Shown one piece after another: positions 18,781 through 28,465 of a stretch of DNA of 64,000 nt. Within the stretch, counting starts at the first letter, position 1. Each line of letters begins with the position of its first letter. The notes below the pieces were generated by a model. The model was given only the letters and a program-made list of their open reading frames with translations. It did no database searches and had not been told where the DNA came from. Source of the DNA: a virus (Duplodnaviria; Heunggongvirae; Uroviricota; Caudoviricetes); IMG/VR virus record IMGVR_UViG_3300035701_000014; one strand, written 5' to 3'. The position numbers and the translations under genes are program-made.

Positions 18781-19716
18781 ATGTGGTATTTTATGCCAAC
18801 ACGGCTGGCAAAGAGAAAGAAAAGGCTCAAAGCCATAAACGGCAGCCAAGCCAAGTTAACACTATTTCAACGAACATTACCATTTGGGTTAAGTGGCACG
18901 GCAATTATGGTGCTTTTCTATTCATCGCAGGGTCTCAACCAAAAAGCGATTTCAGAGCAGTTGGGATGCTCTCCTGCTAACGTGTGCAAGATAATAAAGA
19001 AACTCAAAAACAGGGGATTGTTGATACAGCCAAAAAAGAGGGATAGGTTAACTCAGACCGCAAGGAGTCCTTTGGGCATGAATCTTGACGTTAGATTTCG
19101 CTCTTTGAAGTGGAAATTAACCAATCCAATTGAAATGCCTTCAGACGAGACGGTGGTTAATTGTGGTGTAACATTCAAAACTTGGTATATCAAGGACTCG
19201 ACGGTAAGGCTCAACATCGGGAAGAAGCAGTATTCGCTTGAAATCGAAGCTGGGTATACAGAAGGCAACTCAATGCAGGAATGCACCCGCAAGCATGACG
19301 AGCAGTGTTTATATACTTACGATTGGCTATGCCAGCACTTCCCAGAACTCGCCAAGGTATCGAACAGGCTCGGATATGAAGTCAACCGAAAAGGGGAAAT
19401 CACCATCCCTCAAATGAAGGAGCTCGCAGAGAAATGGCTCGAGACCCATCCCAGAATGGATGCAGGTATCTTCAAGATAGACGACTCGCTCAAGAACGGG
19501 GGCGAGTTCCAAATCAAGCTGGACAACATCATCACGAAAGATGATTTGAAGAGTCTGGAAGCAAAAATAGATGCATCAGTTGGTGTGATGTCAAAGCTCT
19601 CCGAATCCATAAGTGGTTTATATAACCTATTCAAAAAGTTTATAGATAGGCTGGAAGGAACTGAAGAACCGAAAGCTCCAGAGCCCACAGAGCCTTTGGG
19701 ACACGATTATGGTTAG
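18781..19716 (+). CDS. HTH DNA-binding protein (hypothetical)
   Basis: 311 aa; AISEQLGCSPANVCKIIKKLKNRGLL helix-turn-helix-like. Confidence 0.4.
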   Translation: MWYFMPTRLAKRKKRLKAINGSQAKLTLFQRTLPFGLSGTAIMVLFYSSQGLNQKAISEQLGCSPANVCKIIKKLKNRGLLIQPKKRDRLTQTARSPLGMNLDVRFRSLKWKLTNPIEMPSDETVVNCGVTFKTWYIKDSTVRLNIGKKQYSLEIEAGYTEGNSMQECTRKHDEQCLYTYDWLCQHFPELAKVSNRLGYEVNRKGEITIPQMKELAEKWLETHPRMDAGIFKIDDSLKNGGEFQIKLDNIITKDDLKSLEAKIDASVGVMSKLSESISGLYNLFKKFIDRLEGTEEPKAPEPTEPLGHDYG

Positions 19717-19856
19717 GGGTGTATATATATGCTATGCAAATATTGCGGGCATGAACTAATGAAGGATTGGAAAGGTGATGTGGTCAGACCCTACCGCCAT
19801 GCATTAGTTGATGGAGTTTATTGCGGTTGCACAAGACCAGAACCAGAAGAGGCGAG

Positions 19857-20003
19857 ATGATGTGGATATGCCCAAGATGCAAAAGGAGGAACAGAGGCGC
19901 AGTCTGCGATTGCGGATATTCCTACGACCAGTTCGACAAGGATAAAACATTCAAGGAACTTTTTGAAAGGAACAAAGAGCTTTTCAATAAATATGGTGGT
20001 TGA
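19857..20003 (+). CDS. small zinc-ribbon protein (track ORF 19821..20003)
   Basis: CPRCKRRNRGAVCDCG. Confidence 0.3.
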   Translation: MMWICPRCKRRNRGAVCDCGYSYDQFDKDKTFKELFERNKELFNKYGG

Positions 20004-20283
20004 GATGGATGCCGAAAAACCAATGTGCCCAAGATGCAATGAGGAGAAAGTAGTTTTGAAAGGGCTCTGCAGGAAGTGCTACGCCAAACAGGCATTCAAG
20101 AACTGGAGAAAGAGGAATCCAGAGAAATATGAGAAAGGCGTAAGAATCCACAGCCAGAGGCAATATTGCAAGGAGCGGGCTGCAGCAATGTTGAAGAAAG
20201 CCAACTGGCATCTCAAGATTGCGGAGATGTTGTCAAACAAGGCGAAGCTCATGCTGGAATATGCTGAAATGGAAATAAGATGA
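19963..20283 (+). CDS. zinc-ribbon protein
   Basis: 106 aa; CPRCNEE...CRKCY. Confidence 0.4.
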   Translation: MKGTKSFSINMVVEMDAEKPMCPRCNEEKVVLKGLCRKCYAKQAFKNWRKRNPEKYEKGVRIHSQRQYCKERAAAMLKKANWHLKIAEMLSNKAKLMLEYAEMEIR

Positions 20284-20376
20284 GTATATAAACAACAATA
20301 GGAAAAATGATAGCATGGTTGGAAACAAGGACTCCTAACCTTTTACCCTTCGGGGTAATCGGTTGGGGGTTATTGG

Positions 20377-20598
20377 ATGAGCAGAGCACTTGTAACTTAT
20401 ACAGACGGACAGAAGGCAGTTACGGCTCAGGAAGGATTTCTGAGCAGGGAAAAGCTCAGGGAAGAGTTCGGAAGTGGGGTGGTCATCACTCAGAAAATAA
20501 TGAAGGACAAGATAAAGGGGTTGTCTCCTATCAGAAAGAAAACTCTCAAGCCCCACAAATGGATTAAGATAAAGTCCCGAAAAATAAATCTGCATTGA
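20377..20598 (+). CDS. hypothetical small basic protein
   Basis: ORF track 73 aa; alternative frame 20307..20567 overlaps. Confidence 0.25.
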   Translation: MSRALVTYTDGQKAVTAQEGFLSREKLREEFGSGVVITQKIMKDKIKGLSPIRKKTLKPHKWIKIKSRKINLH

Positions 20599-20764
20599 TG
20601 TGTAGGAAGTATACCTTTTTTTATATACTTCATGAGGAAAGGCAGAGGGTTCGCAATGGCGGAAGGCAAATGCACAAGGTGCGATAAGCCGACTGGGAAC
20701 GAGAACCCCTATCCAATATGCAGGGTTTGTGCCCGAAAGATTGTGGATGAATTAGTAAAGAGAC

Positions 20765-21088
20765 ATGAGGGGAATTATGGATAAAAATTCGGTTGCCGTA
20801 TTAAGCTTTGGAGTTCTCATACTCCTCATAATCCTGATTTCTTGGTGGATTTACCAGCAAGTCCAAGATGAGACAAGAACCGCAGATACCTGCAAGGCAA
20901 TATACCAGAGCGTGGCTATCAATTGCTCGACAATGAATAGGAGCGACAAATGCTACTGGGTTTTCTGCTCGACTCCTGATGGGCTGAACTGGTATCCAAC
21001 AATCGTGCTAGTGATTCTCGCTGCGGTTGGGCTTTATCTGTTGCTGCATTTCATGCCCGCAGAAAAGCAGGTGATTGATAATGACTGA
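20765..21088 (+). CDS. membrane protein (two TM segments)
   Basis: ORF track 107 aa. Confidence 0.4.
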   Translation: MRGIMDKNSVAVLSFGVLILLIILISWWIYQQVQDETRTADTCKAIYQSVAINCSTMNRSDKCYWVFCSTPDGLNWYPTIVLVILAAVGLYLLLHFMPAEKQVIDND

Positions 21089-21255
21089 GAAAGTATGCAA
21101 GAATTGTGGGCATAGACTGTGGAGATGTTTCGGAGAATGGAGGCATTACATACGAAATTGTGAAGGGGGAGATGCTCAATGCTTAAATTATTCCGAACCT
21201 GATACTGGAGAATGTTTTTGCGGTTGTGTAAATCCACAGCCAAAGAAGTGAAACT

Positions 21256-21576
21256 ATGAAGAAGACAAAGATGCCGAAGAAGCCGTGTCTTGGTTGCGGG
21301 AAACCAACAGTTATAGGAGTGCCGTATTGCATCTGCAAAGAATGCAGCCAAGTGATAAGAAAATGGGAGGATGCAAAAGAAAGGACAACTCAGATGTATA
21401 GAAGCGTAGCAGGCATAAAGCAGGAGAAGTTCAGGGGGGATGATGACATCAGCGAGACCCTGAACTATATAGGGAGAAACATCGCCAACATTGAGGAGGA
21501 GCTCATGTGGATGAAGAACTGCCTGCAGAATATTCAGATACAGAAGGAATACGAGTTTGAAAAGAAAAAGAAATGA
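21256..21576 (+). CDS. zinc-ribbon protein
   Basis: 106 aa; CLGCG...CICKEC. Confidence 0.4.
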   Translation: MKKTKMPKKPCLGCGKPTVIGVPYCICKECSQVIRKWEDAKERTTQMYRSVAGIKQEKFRGDDDISETLNYIGRNIANIEEELMWMKNCLQNIQIQKEYEFEKKKK

Positions 21577-21580
21577 TTGA

Positions 21581-21913
21581 ATGCAACCCAAAACAAAAAA
21601 GTTGATATACGATGTATTCGGAATTCCAAGACCAAGAAAACTATCACTAGAGGAAGAGATTAAATGCGCCAAAGAACAATCCGAAGTCATCGTGAAGCAG
21701 GTAAATGACCTGAGCAAGCTCATAGATAAAGTAGCAAAGCAGCAAAAAGAGAATGGAGAGCTCCTTCATCAAAATGGCATTGCTTTGTTCAAATTATATG
21801 ACAAGGCAATCAAGAACGGTCTGATAAAGAAAGAATGCGTGGATTCAGCTCTGGCTACAAGAAAGCGAATCAAGGACAGGATTGATGAATACGAAAAGAG
21901 GAAGGTGGAATAA
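21581..21913 (+). CDS. hypothetical protein
   Basis: ORF track 110 aa. Confidence 0.4.
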   Translation: MQPKTKKLIYDVFGIPRPRKLSLEEEIKCAKEQSEVIVKQVNDLSKLIDKVAKQQKENGELLHQNGIALFKLYDKAIKNGLIKKECVDSALATRKRIKDRIDEYEKRKVE

Positions 21914-22209
21914 TGAAAACCATAATGATAGAATTAAAATATACAGACAATCCCATGTGGTTAGGGACGATAAGCATTTTTGAGAAAACAGGAGAAAAGG
22001 AATATACTGCACTGCATGTTGGGATTATAAACCACGAATGTTATGATAAGCTAAAAGACTTGCTTGGCGGAACTAGAAACGAATTGAATGTAAACGGCAT
22101 AGCGATGTATTGTATACTCTGCGGTAAGTTCGTAGGTCACAGCAGCGATAAAAACATTGGGGCGATATGCAGAGATTGTCAGTCAAAAAAAGAGAAGGTG
22201 TCCCAATGA
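21913..22209 (+). CDS. hypothetical protein with C-terminal Cys pairs
   Basis: ORF track 98 aa. Confidence 0.4.
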   Translation: MKTIMIELKYTDNPMWLGTISIFEKTGEKEYTALHVGIINHECYDKLKDLLGGTRNELNVNGIAMYCILCGKFVGHSSDKNIGAICRDCQSKKEKVSQ

Positions 22210-22838
22210 AAGCAAGGAAGAAAGTCATTGGATTGGATGGCAAATCAAGGTGGGTTACTTATTACAGGAGAGCCCCACAAAAAAGAAAAACTGAGAATAA
22301 GAAGATGTCAAAGAAAGCATCCAAAGCATTTAACAAAGTTCTGAAAACCGTTGCTGATGTAGTGGACAATCCAGACAAATATCCTGATAAGTTTGAGATA
22401 GGCATAGACGGCAAAATCAGAAAAGTAAAGTTCTGCCCCAAGTGCAAAACCCAGTTGACAGCTTTCGGTTGGGGCGAAAAAGGAAAAAGAATTCACTCAT
22501 GGGAATGCCCGAATAAGAAATGCGGTTATTGGGAACTTACAAAGCTTGGGGAGAAAAGTTTAGAGCCTGCACTCAAAGACATCAAGGAAGGGAGAACTTA
22601 CATAATGTCCTGTAGCACCAAAACCAAAAGAAGCAATAGATGCAAGAAATCGGGAGAGAGATTATGGGTTTGCCCTTCCTGCCATTTCAAAGATTGTGAC
22701 AAGTGGTATAGGCTCGGGAAGAAGGATGCAAGACACGAAGCCCACAAGGAAGTTCTGGAATGGTTAAAGAGAAGAAGGGGTGCTTGGAACTATGACGACA
22801 TGGTAAAGGGTTTTGTTAAAAAATTTGGAGTGAAGTAG
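22206..22838 (+). CDS. zinc-ribbon-containing protein (track ORF 22167..22838; start at Met14)
   Basis: CPKCKTQ...CPNKKCG...CPSCHFKDC. Confidence 0.4.
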   Translation: MKARKKVIGLDGKSRWVTYYRRAPQKRKTENKKMSKKASKAFNKVLKTVADVVDNPDKYPDKFEIGIDGKIRKVKFCPKCKTQLTAFGWGEKGKRIHSWECPNKKCGYWELTKLGEKSLEPALKDIKEGRTYIMSCSTKTKRSNRCKKSGERLWVCPSCHFKDCDKWYRLGKKDARHEAHKEVLEWLKRRRGAWNYDDMVKGFVKKFGVK

Positions 22839-22932
22839 ATGACAGAAGGTTGGAACAGCAATAATATAATCGAAGCCGAAGCAACCACTTGGGCTGAAAT
22901 AATAAAACACAAGTTAAAAAAGAAGTTCGGGA

Positions 22933-23148
22933 TTGAAAAGAAGCAGGAGGACTGAAAAAATGAAACTGAAAGATGAAGATACTATATTAATAGAAGTGCT
23001 AGTAGAAATTGAACCTACCATAGCCAAGGGCGACACAAAATATTTGAATATGCTCATAGACGGGAAAGTTGAAAGAAGCTATAGCCTGCCAGAAATGAAA
23101 AAAGCAATAAAATTAGCAATAACAAAAACAAAAGAAGGAAGGATTTGA
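22933..23148 (+). CDS. hypothetical small protein
   Basis: ORF track 71 aa. Confidence 0.35.
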   Translation: MKRSRRTEKMKLKDEDTILIEVLVEIEPTIAKGDTKYLNMLIDGKVERSYSLPEMKKAIKLAITKTKEGRI

Positions 23149-23154
23149 AGTCAT

Positions 23155-23922
23155 GTGATATTTATGCCAACTGGAATCTATATCCGAACAGAAGAATACA
23201 AGAGAAACTTTGTTCCTTGGAACAAAGGTCTCACGAAAGAAATAAATAGTAATGTGAAACAAATCAGTGAAAAGTTAACAGGACGTCTTGTATCAAAGCA
23301 ACACAAGATAAACATGAGATTAGCTCATTTGGGTAAGCCTACTTGGAACAAAGGATTGACTAAGGAAACGGATGAAAGAGTTAGATTAAACTCTGAAGCT
23401 ATTAAGGGACATACCTCTTGGAGTAAAGGTAAAACAAAAGACACAGATGAACGACTTAAACAAACAGAAGAGCGTAGAAAACATACCAGCTTAGCGTCCA
23501 AAGAGAATTGGAAGAACCCAGAAATCAGAGATAAAAGAATAAGAGCAATATTTTCTGCTAATCACAAATCACCCAATAAGAAAGAGTTATTTCTTGACGT
23601 TATTATCCAAGAAACCATTCCCAATTCATATTGTTATACTGGCGATGGCAAAAAATTAGTAGTTATAAACGGCAGAGTTCCAGACTGGACAAATACCAAT
23701 GGGCAAAAGAAAGTTATCAACTTCAATGGCTTATATTGGCATTTGTGGAAAAAACAAAAGACTGATAGCAATCTGACAAAAGAGCAAGTCGAGAATGCAG
23801 AGAAGCTTCCTTATAATACGTTTGGCTATGGTGTTTTATTTATCTGGGAAGATGAATTAAATGATTTAAACAATTTGAAAAATAAACTTATAGACTTTGA
23901 CAAGAAGGAGTTGAGAATATGA
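23155..23922 (+). CDS. hypothetical protein with three NUMOD-like WNKGLTKE repeats (homing-endonuclease-associated type)
   Basis: 255 aa; PWNKGLTKEINS.., PTWNKGLTKETDERVR.., TSWSKGKTKDTDERLK.. Confidence 0.35.
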   Translation: MIFMPTGIYIRTEEYKRNFVPWNKGLTKEINSNVKQISEKLTGRLVSKQHKINMRLAHLGKPTWNKGLTKETDERVRLNSEAIKGHTSWSKGKTKDTDERLKQTEERRKHTSLASKENWKNPEIRDKRIRAIFSANHKSPNKKELFLDVIIQETIPNSYCYTGDGKKLVVINGRVPDWTNTNGQKKVINFNGLYWHLWKKQKTDSNLTKEQVENAEKLPYNTFGYGVLFIWEDELNDLNNLKNKLIDFDKKELRI

Positions 23923-24230
23923 CGGAAGAAGTCATGGTAGTGGGAAGCCTGCATAGGACAGATGCCAAGGGGGAATATGAAAGGAACTGCAGCAAGTGCG
24001 GAGTTCCTGTCTATCTTTCAGATGAATGGAACAAAGAAGACAAGTTGTATATCTGCCCGAACTGCTTCATCAAAATGAAGCATAGTGGCAAGTCCTTAAA
24101 GCTAAAGATAGATGACAGGACAGTTAAAAGAGTCAATAAGGCAACCAGAAAGAGAAGGACAAAGGAAGAACTCATAGAAGTTTTTAAGAAGGAAGTCGGG
24201 AAGGAAAAACTTCATGGAATCGGGATGTAA
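23919..24230 (+). CDS. zinc-ribbon protein
   Basis: 103 aa; CSKCGV...CPNCF. Confidence 0.4.
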   Translation: MTEEVMVVGSLHRTDAKGEYERNCSKCGVPVYLSDEWNKEDKLYICPNCFIKMKHSGKSLKLKIDDRTVKRVNKATRKRRTKEELIEVFKKEVGKEKLHGIGM

Positions 24231-24383
24231 TATGGGAAAAGAGATTGATTTTGAAAAGAAGCAGAAATGCACGAAATGTGGGAAGATGGTTGTCCCTTCC
24301 TGCTTCTACTGCTTCGGCGGGGACATATACGCATTCTGCACTCCGAATTGCCTGAATGCTTGGCGAAGAAGTCTGGTGAAAAA

Positions 24384-24770
24384 ATGACTCCACGAACAAC
24401 CAAAGATTATAAATACGATGGCATTGATGACCCTAATTTCAAAGATGATTCTCCTGACTATGATGACCTACAAGAACTCGCAAAAAATAAAGCATTATGC
24501 AATTACCTGATGGTAATCCCAAAATGCGAGCAGTGCGGAATATACATGGAATCTCTTCTAGTCAGTGATGAGAAAAAAAGAGGGAGAGGCAGGACATTCT
24601 TCCATGTCTGGTTCTGCCCAAAATGCCATGATTGCTCCGCAACATTCTCGATGACAGCAAATAGGAAATTCATGGAGATGCATTGGGGCAAAGAGAACTG
24701 GAAGAAGATAATGGAAGATGCAAAAAAAGATAAGGAGAAATACCGCAGAGAGCGGTTGAGGGACAGATGA
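24384..24770 (+). CDS. zinc-ribbon protein (track ORF 24267..24770; start at Met40)
   Basis: CEQCG...CPKCHDC; preceded by a 51-aa Cys-rich micro-ORF at 24232..24387 (ATGA overlap). Confidence 0.4.
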   Translation: MTPRTTKDYKYDGIDDPNFKDDSPDYDDLQELAKNKALCNYLMVIPKCEQCGIYMESLLVSDEKKRGRGRTFFHVWFCPKCHDCSATFSMTANRKFMEMHWGKENWKKIMEDAKKDKEKYRRERLRDR

Positions 24771-24864
24771 AACGAGGAAACGATGACAGATGTTGTGAAG
24801 AAGACGAAACGGAGTCTGTGCCTTTCGAGCTGGATGTTCCCAAATCCGCCTGCACAGTGAGAAG

Positions 24865-25452
24865 ATGGAGATAGAAGAAAGGTTGGAGAAGTGCGAGCAA
24901 TGTTCAAATGAGCTCAAAGCGAGAGTGGAACAGAAATCCCTGCCGAGAAGGATTTATGACAGGATTCGCAAAATCATGGACAACAGGTCGAACACTTATT
25001 TCCTCTGGCTCTGGAGCATCATGTTCTATACCTCCCTGCTCATCACATTGATATTCGACCTCAGTGGGGTGTATGCTTATACAATCATTGGAATCATACT
25101 GGTCTTTACTGATGTCTCGCTGACTTACAGAACCTACAGGCTCGTCTGTGAGAAGCATCCGAATGCAGACCCGAAGAGATTCCAAAGTATAGAAGTGAAT
25201 CCGCTTGCAAGATTCATGGTGGGCAGATTCGGGATAATAGCTGGAGGGCTGGCATATCTTGCATTCACTACAGCCCTCGTCATCTACCTGCTCAACGTAT
25301 ACAATGAAATGACGGTAGGTGCTGCCATCGGAATCTACATGATAGTAATCTTCATCCACATCTCGAACATCATCCACTTCGGAAAATTGAAGATACAGCC
25401 AGAGCCACATATTGCAAACTGCTGCAAGATGGCGCAGGGACTGGAGGATTGA
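24865..25452 (+). CDS. polytopic membrane protein
   Basis: ORF track 195 aa, several hydrophobic helices. Confidence 0.45.
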   Translation: MEIEERLEKCEQCSNELKARVEQKSLPRRIYDRIRKIMDNRSNTYFLWLWSIMFYTSLLITLIFDLSGVYAYTIIGIILVFTDVSLTYRTYRLVCEKHPNADPKRFQSIEVNPLARFMVGRFGIIAGGLAYLAFTTALVIYLLNVYNEMTVGAAIGIYMIVIFIHISNIIHFGKLKIQPEPHIANCCKMAQGLED

Positions 25453-25456
25453 AAAG

Positions 25457-25681
25457 ATGACATGGTTTGATGAGACATGCATCCTGCTGATGATTCTCGC
25501 AAATCTTCTACTAGGAGTTATAGTCATAGTAAAAACTCAGGAATATATGGCATCCTTCTATTGCCCGCCTTGGCTGACCTGCAAATGGATACCCATTCTG
25601 ATAGGGCTGCTTGTCATGTCACTTCCCCCAATAATCACATTCCTATATTTTTATGCACCGACTGGAGGACTGAGAAAATGA
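25457..25681 (+). CDS. small membrane protein (track ORF 25412..25681)
   Basis: hydrophobic; in-frame internal Met. Confidence 0.3.
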   Translation: MTWFDETCILLMILANLLLGVIVIVKTQEYMASFYCPPWLTCKWIPILIGLLVMSLPPIITFLYFYAPTGGLRK

Positions 25682-26160
25682 GCAATGAAAAAATCAAGGA
25701 TGATAACTGGAATATAATCGAAAAGTGAAATCATGAGAACTGCGAAGAACAAATGCCCACTTTGCGGGGATACTGTCCCACCAGAGATGGCGAGGCAGCA
25801 CATGGCTGAGAAGCACAAGAACCAGCCACGCATAACAGCTTGGAGGTGAATGTATGCCCAAAAAAATGAAATGTAAACATTGTAAACACGGGTTGTCGGA
25901 TGATGGTAAAACCCATATATTCATTCGTTCCCGATACAAACAACCAGATACAATCATGTTTGAAATAATATGCCCATGTGGATGTAAAAATCCAGAACCA
26001 ACCAAAAGGGGGTGAAGTAGATGAAAGGGTGTGATGTTAGCTGCAAGGAATGTGCATACTGGTCGGAAAGAACCAAATGCTCGAAAGGGATAACCTATTT
26101 CATAAGGTGGGTGGCGGATGAATGCCCAGATTTCGAAGGGAGACACAAAAGCATTTATGA

Positions 26161-26409
26161 TTGGAGTTGAAAGAAATGAATGAACGGAAATGGACTCCAG
26201 AGGATGAGAAGAGCCAATGGTTAATCCGAATCTTGATGGTAATTGTAATCGCAATCATGATACGTTTCATAATCGAACCTATCACCATCGAAGAATTTTT
26301 GACACCTCGCATTATGCTGCTACTAACTGCATTGGTGCTGATATTTCTTGCAATCATCGTATGGATAGAACTGTCATATTATAAATGGAAGAAAAGGGTG
26401 GGAGTATGA
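26161..26409 (+). CDS. small membrane protein
   Basis: ORF track 82 aa. Confidence 0.35.
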   Translation: MELKEMNERKWTPEDEKSQWLIRILMVIVIAIMIRFIIEPITIEEFLTPRIMLLLTALVLIFLAIIVWIELSYYKWKKRVGV

Positions 26410-26633
26410 ATAGATGGTGGAAAAAAATTGTGCGTTGTAGGAATCCTTACCAGTCTTTCAATGACTGGTGGAATGGTCGTTGGGTATGTCCAATTTGCGG
26501 TTCGACATACCAGAGTTATTACGGATGGAGTGATTGCACGCTTGCGACTGTCTCAGAATGTTCTCTTGAATCAAAGAGAATCGAATGCCCCGAATGTGAA
26601 TTCCATTTGACGGTATATAAACGTGGAGAATAA
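26406..26633 (+). CDS. zinc-ribbon protein (track ORF 26385..26633)
   Basis: CPICGS...CPECEF. Confidence 0.35.
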   Translation: MNRWWKKIVRCRNPYQSFNDWWNGRWVCPICGSTYQSYYGWSDCTLATVSECSLESKRIECPECEFHLTVYKRGE

Positions 26634-26851
26634 TATGGAGGAAAACACCAATGAGTAAAAGGGAGCTCTTTGAGGAAGGTGTTAAAGGTTATGAGTCACA
26701 GAGCGAGTCGGCTATGCCGTCTCTATTCAGCAGCTTGCCTTCGGCTGTTCGAGACTCCGATAATCATCTCTTGCCTCCTTAAAAAGCAAGAGACCCTGCT
26801 CCCAACTCGGTGACCTTTTCCTCCGTCGGTAAAAAATAGGCTGCAGGAAAT

Positions 26852-26960
26852 CCTGTCGTCGGAGAAATCCGTCTTTTCTCCGACAGGTTTATATACCCCA
26901 CAAGAAAATTTCAAAATCCTCCGTCGAAGAATTCCTATTTTTACGACGGTAGCTTTATAT
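26852..26960 (+). promoter_or_regulatory. two palindromic CCGTCG/CGACGG hairpin elements, each immediately upstream of a TTTATATA-type TATA box
   Basis: 26852-26887 CCTGTCG(TC)GGAGAAA-TCCGTC-TTTTCTCCGACAGG then TTTATATAC; 26913-26949 CCGTCG-N-CGACGG then CTTTATATG; sits in the longest intergenic gap of the + block. Confidence 0.45.
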
Positions 26961-27000
26961 GTAAAGCCTGAGTAATACTACTATAAGTATATATACCGAG

Positions 27001-27282
27001 GTGGTATGGATGGAGGATGGATTACGAATTAAAATCATCCCAAGGGAAGAGTATGAGAAGACTCGGGAGCATAGAGTCAAGAACGCAGAGCAGCTCCTGA
27101 AAGAAGAGGAGCTCAGGCTGCAGAGAATCAAGAGGCAACATAGGCTTGAGCTCAAGGAACAAAGAGGTCTTATCGCAAAAGCCCAGCATGCCTTGGATGA
27201 AGCCAAGACCGAGACATACGAGATGGCAATCCAGAAGCTCGAGAGTTATGCAAAGGAAAGGGATGCCATACTTGTGAATTGA
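27001..27282 (+). CDS. coiled-coil protein (hypothetical)
   Basis: ORF track 93 aa, E/K/R-rich. Confidence 0.4.
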   Translation: MVWMEDGLRIKIIPREEYEKTREHRVKNAEQLLKEEELRLQRIKRQHRLELKEQRGLIAKAQHALDEAKTETYEMAIQKLESYAKERDAILVN

Positions 27283-27292
27283 GGTGGTGTAA

Positions 27293-27889
27293 ATGCAAAA
27301 CATGAATAGCTACAGCCATCAGAATGAGTATTCCTTCGAGAACCATATCTTCAATGAGCTGCTCAGGAAGGAGACCAGCGAGGAGCACGCAAGGAAGATT
27401 ATCGCCAAGGTGGCACGGCATTTCAAACTTGGGAAGATTCAGGTTGTGTTCTTTGGTGAGAGCGGGGGTCTAGCCCATCTAGGATGGAATCAACGGATTC
27501 GCCTGCCACACCATTCGAACCATGAGCTGGTCGCACATGAGCTCGCCCACTTTCTTGCCTACAAGAAATACAGGAGGAAGGTCAGGCACGGAAGCAGGAA
27601 ATGGATTCGCAGCGTTGAGCGGGTCATCCGATATTGCGAGAGCAAGGGCTGGTGGGAGAATGAGCTCACTAGACTGCAGGAACAGAAGCAGCAGACCCAG
27701 CAGAAGAATGCCGAGGCAGAGAAGGTCAGGGACACCCCCACATTCAAGCTCCAGCAAATCAGGGATTCAATCAAGAGATGGGAGACCAAACAGAAGCGTG
27801 CAGCCACCGCATTGAAGAAGTTGCACAGGAGAGAAGGAATCTGGATGGGGAAGGTGGGCTCTCATGAAATCGATACTATTAAAAGATAG
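27293..27889 (+). CDS. putative HExxH zinc metallopeptidase-like protein (SprT/WLM-like)
   Basis: 198 aa; HELVAHELAHFLAY. Confidence 0.4.
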   Translation: MQNMNSYSHQNEYSFENHIFNELLRKETSEEHARKIIAKVARHFKLGKIQVVFFGESGGLAHLGWNQRIRLPHHSNHELVAHELAHFLAYKKYRRKVRHGSRKWIRSVERVIRYCESKGWWENELTRLQEQKQQTQQKNAEAEKVRDTPTFKLQQIRDSIKRWETKQKRAATALKKLHRREGIWMGKVGSHEIDTIKR

Positions 27890-28061
27890 TATGCATAAAA
27901 CAGATAACATGCCGAATCCAGATAAAGTGAAAGTCGAATTGGACAGGGATGTAGTGAATAGATTGATTAGGATGAAGCAGGTCGGAGATTCCTATTCAAC
28001 CATAATCAAGAGACTGTTGGACGATAAGGACAAAACAAAAGAGCGAGGGAAAAGGAAGTGA
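27864..28061 (+). CDS. hypothetical small protein
   Basis: ORF track 65 aa. Confidence 0.3.
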   Translation: MKSILLKDSMHKTDNMPNPDKVKVELDRDVVNRLIRMKQVGDSYSTIIKRLLDDKDKTKERGKRK

Positions 28062-28062
28062 G

Positions 28063-28440
28063 TGGAACGGGATACTTCAGCGAACCAAATTCGTTACAAA
28101 GCTCCCTCCACATATTTCTCCCTTCACGCTCTTGAAGACAGGAAAAGGTAGCAAGTGGTAAGGGATACTTCAACAACTGAACATTGCTAAAAGCTCCCTC
28201 CACATTTTCCTCCTGAAACCTTCGGAACGGAACAAGATAGTGATGGGAGAGATACTTCACTCAACATGAAACTTTGCCTTCGGGCAAATTACTCTCTCCC
28301 AATTGTTCTTCTGAAATTTCGAAGGTGATGATATATTTGCGCCATCGTTTGTAATCAGACGATGGTTTTGGACAGGAAAAGGCAGTGAGGAAAGGGTTAC
28401 TTCTGGCGAAGAATCCCCCTTTCCATTGTCCTCCTGAATT
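28063..28440 (+). ncRNA. four tandem diverged stem-loop RNA units (candidate Y-RNA-like RNAs) upstream of the Ro60-like gene
   Basis: stems GTGGAACGGGA/TCCCTCCAC (28063-28111), GTGGTAAGGGA/TCCCTCCAC (28156-28203), GGGAGAGA/TCTCTCCC (28245-28300), GGAAAGGG/CCCTTTCC (28389-28423); compensatory changes with conserved ATACTTCA and TCCTCCTGAA motifs; no credible ORF. Confidence 0.5.
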
Positions 28441-28465
28441 CCCCATGAGAATGGAGGTGTAATGT

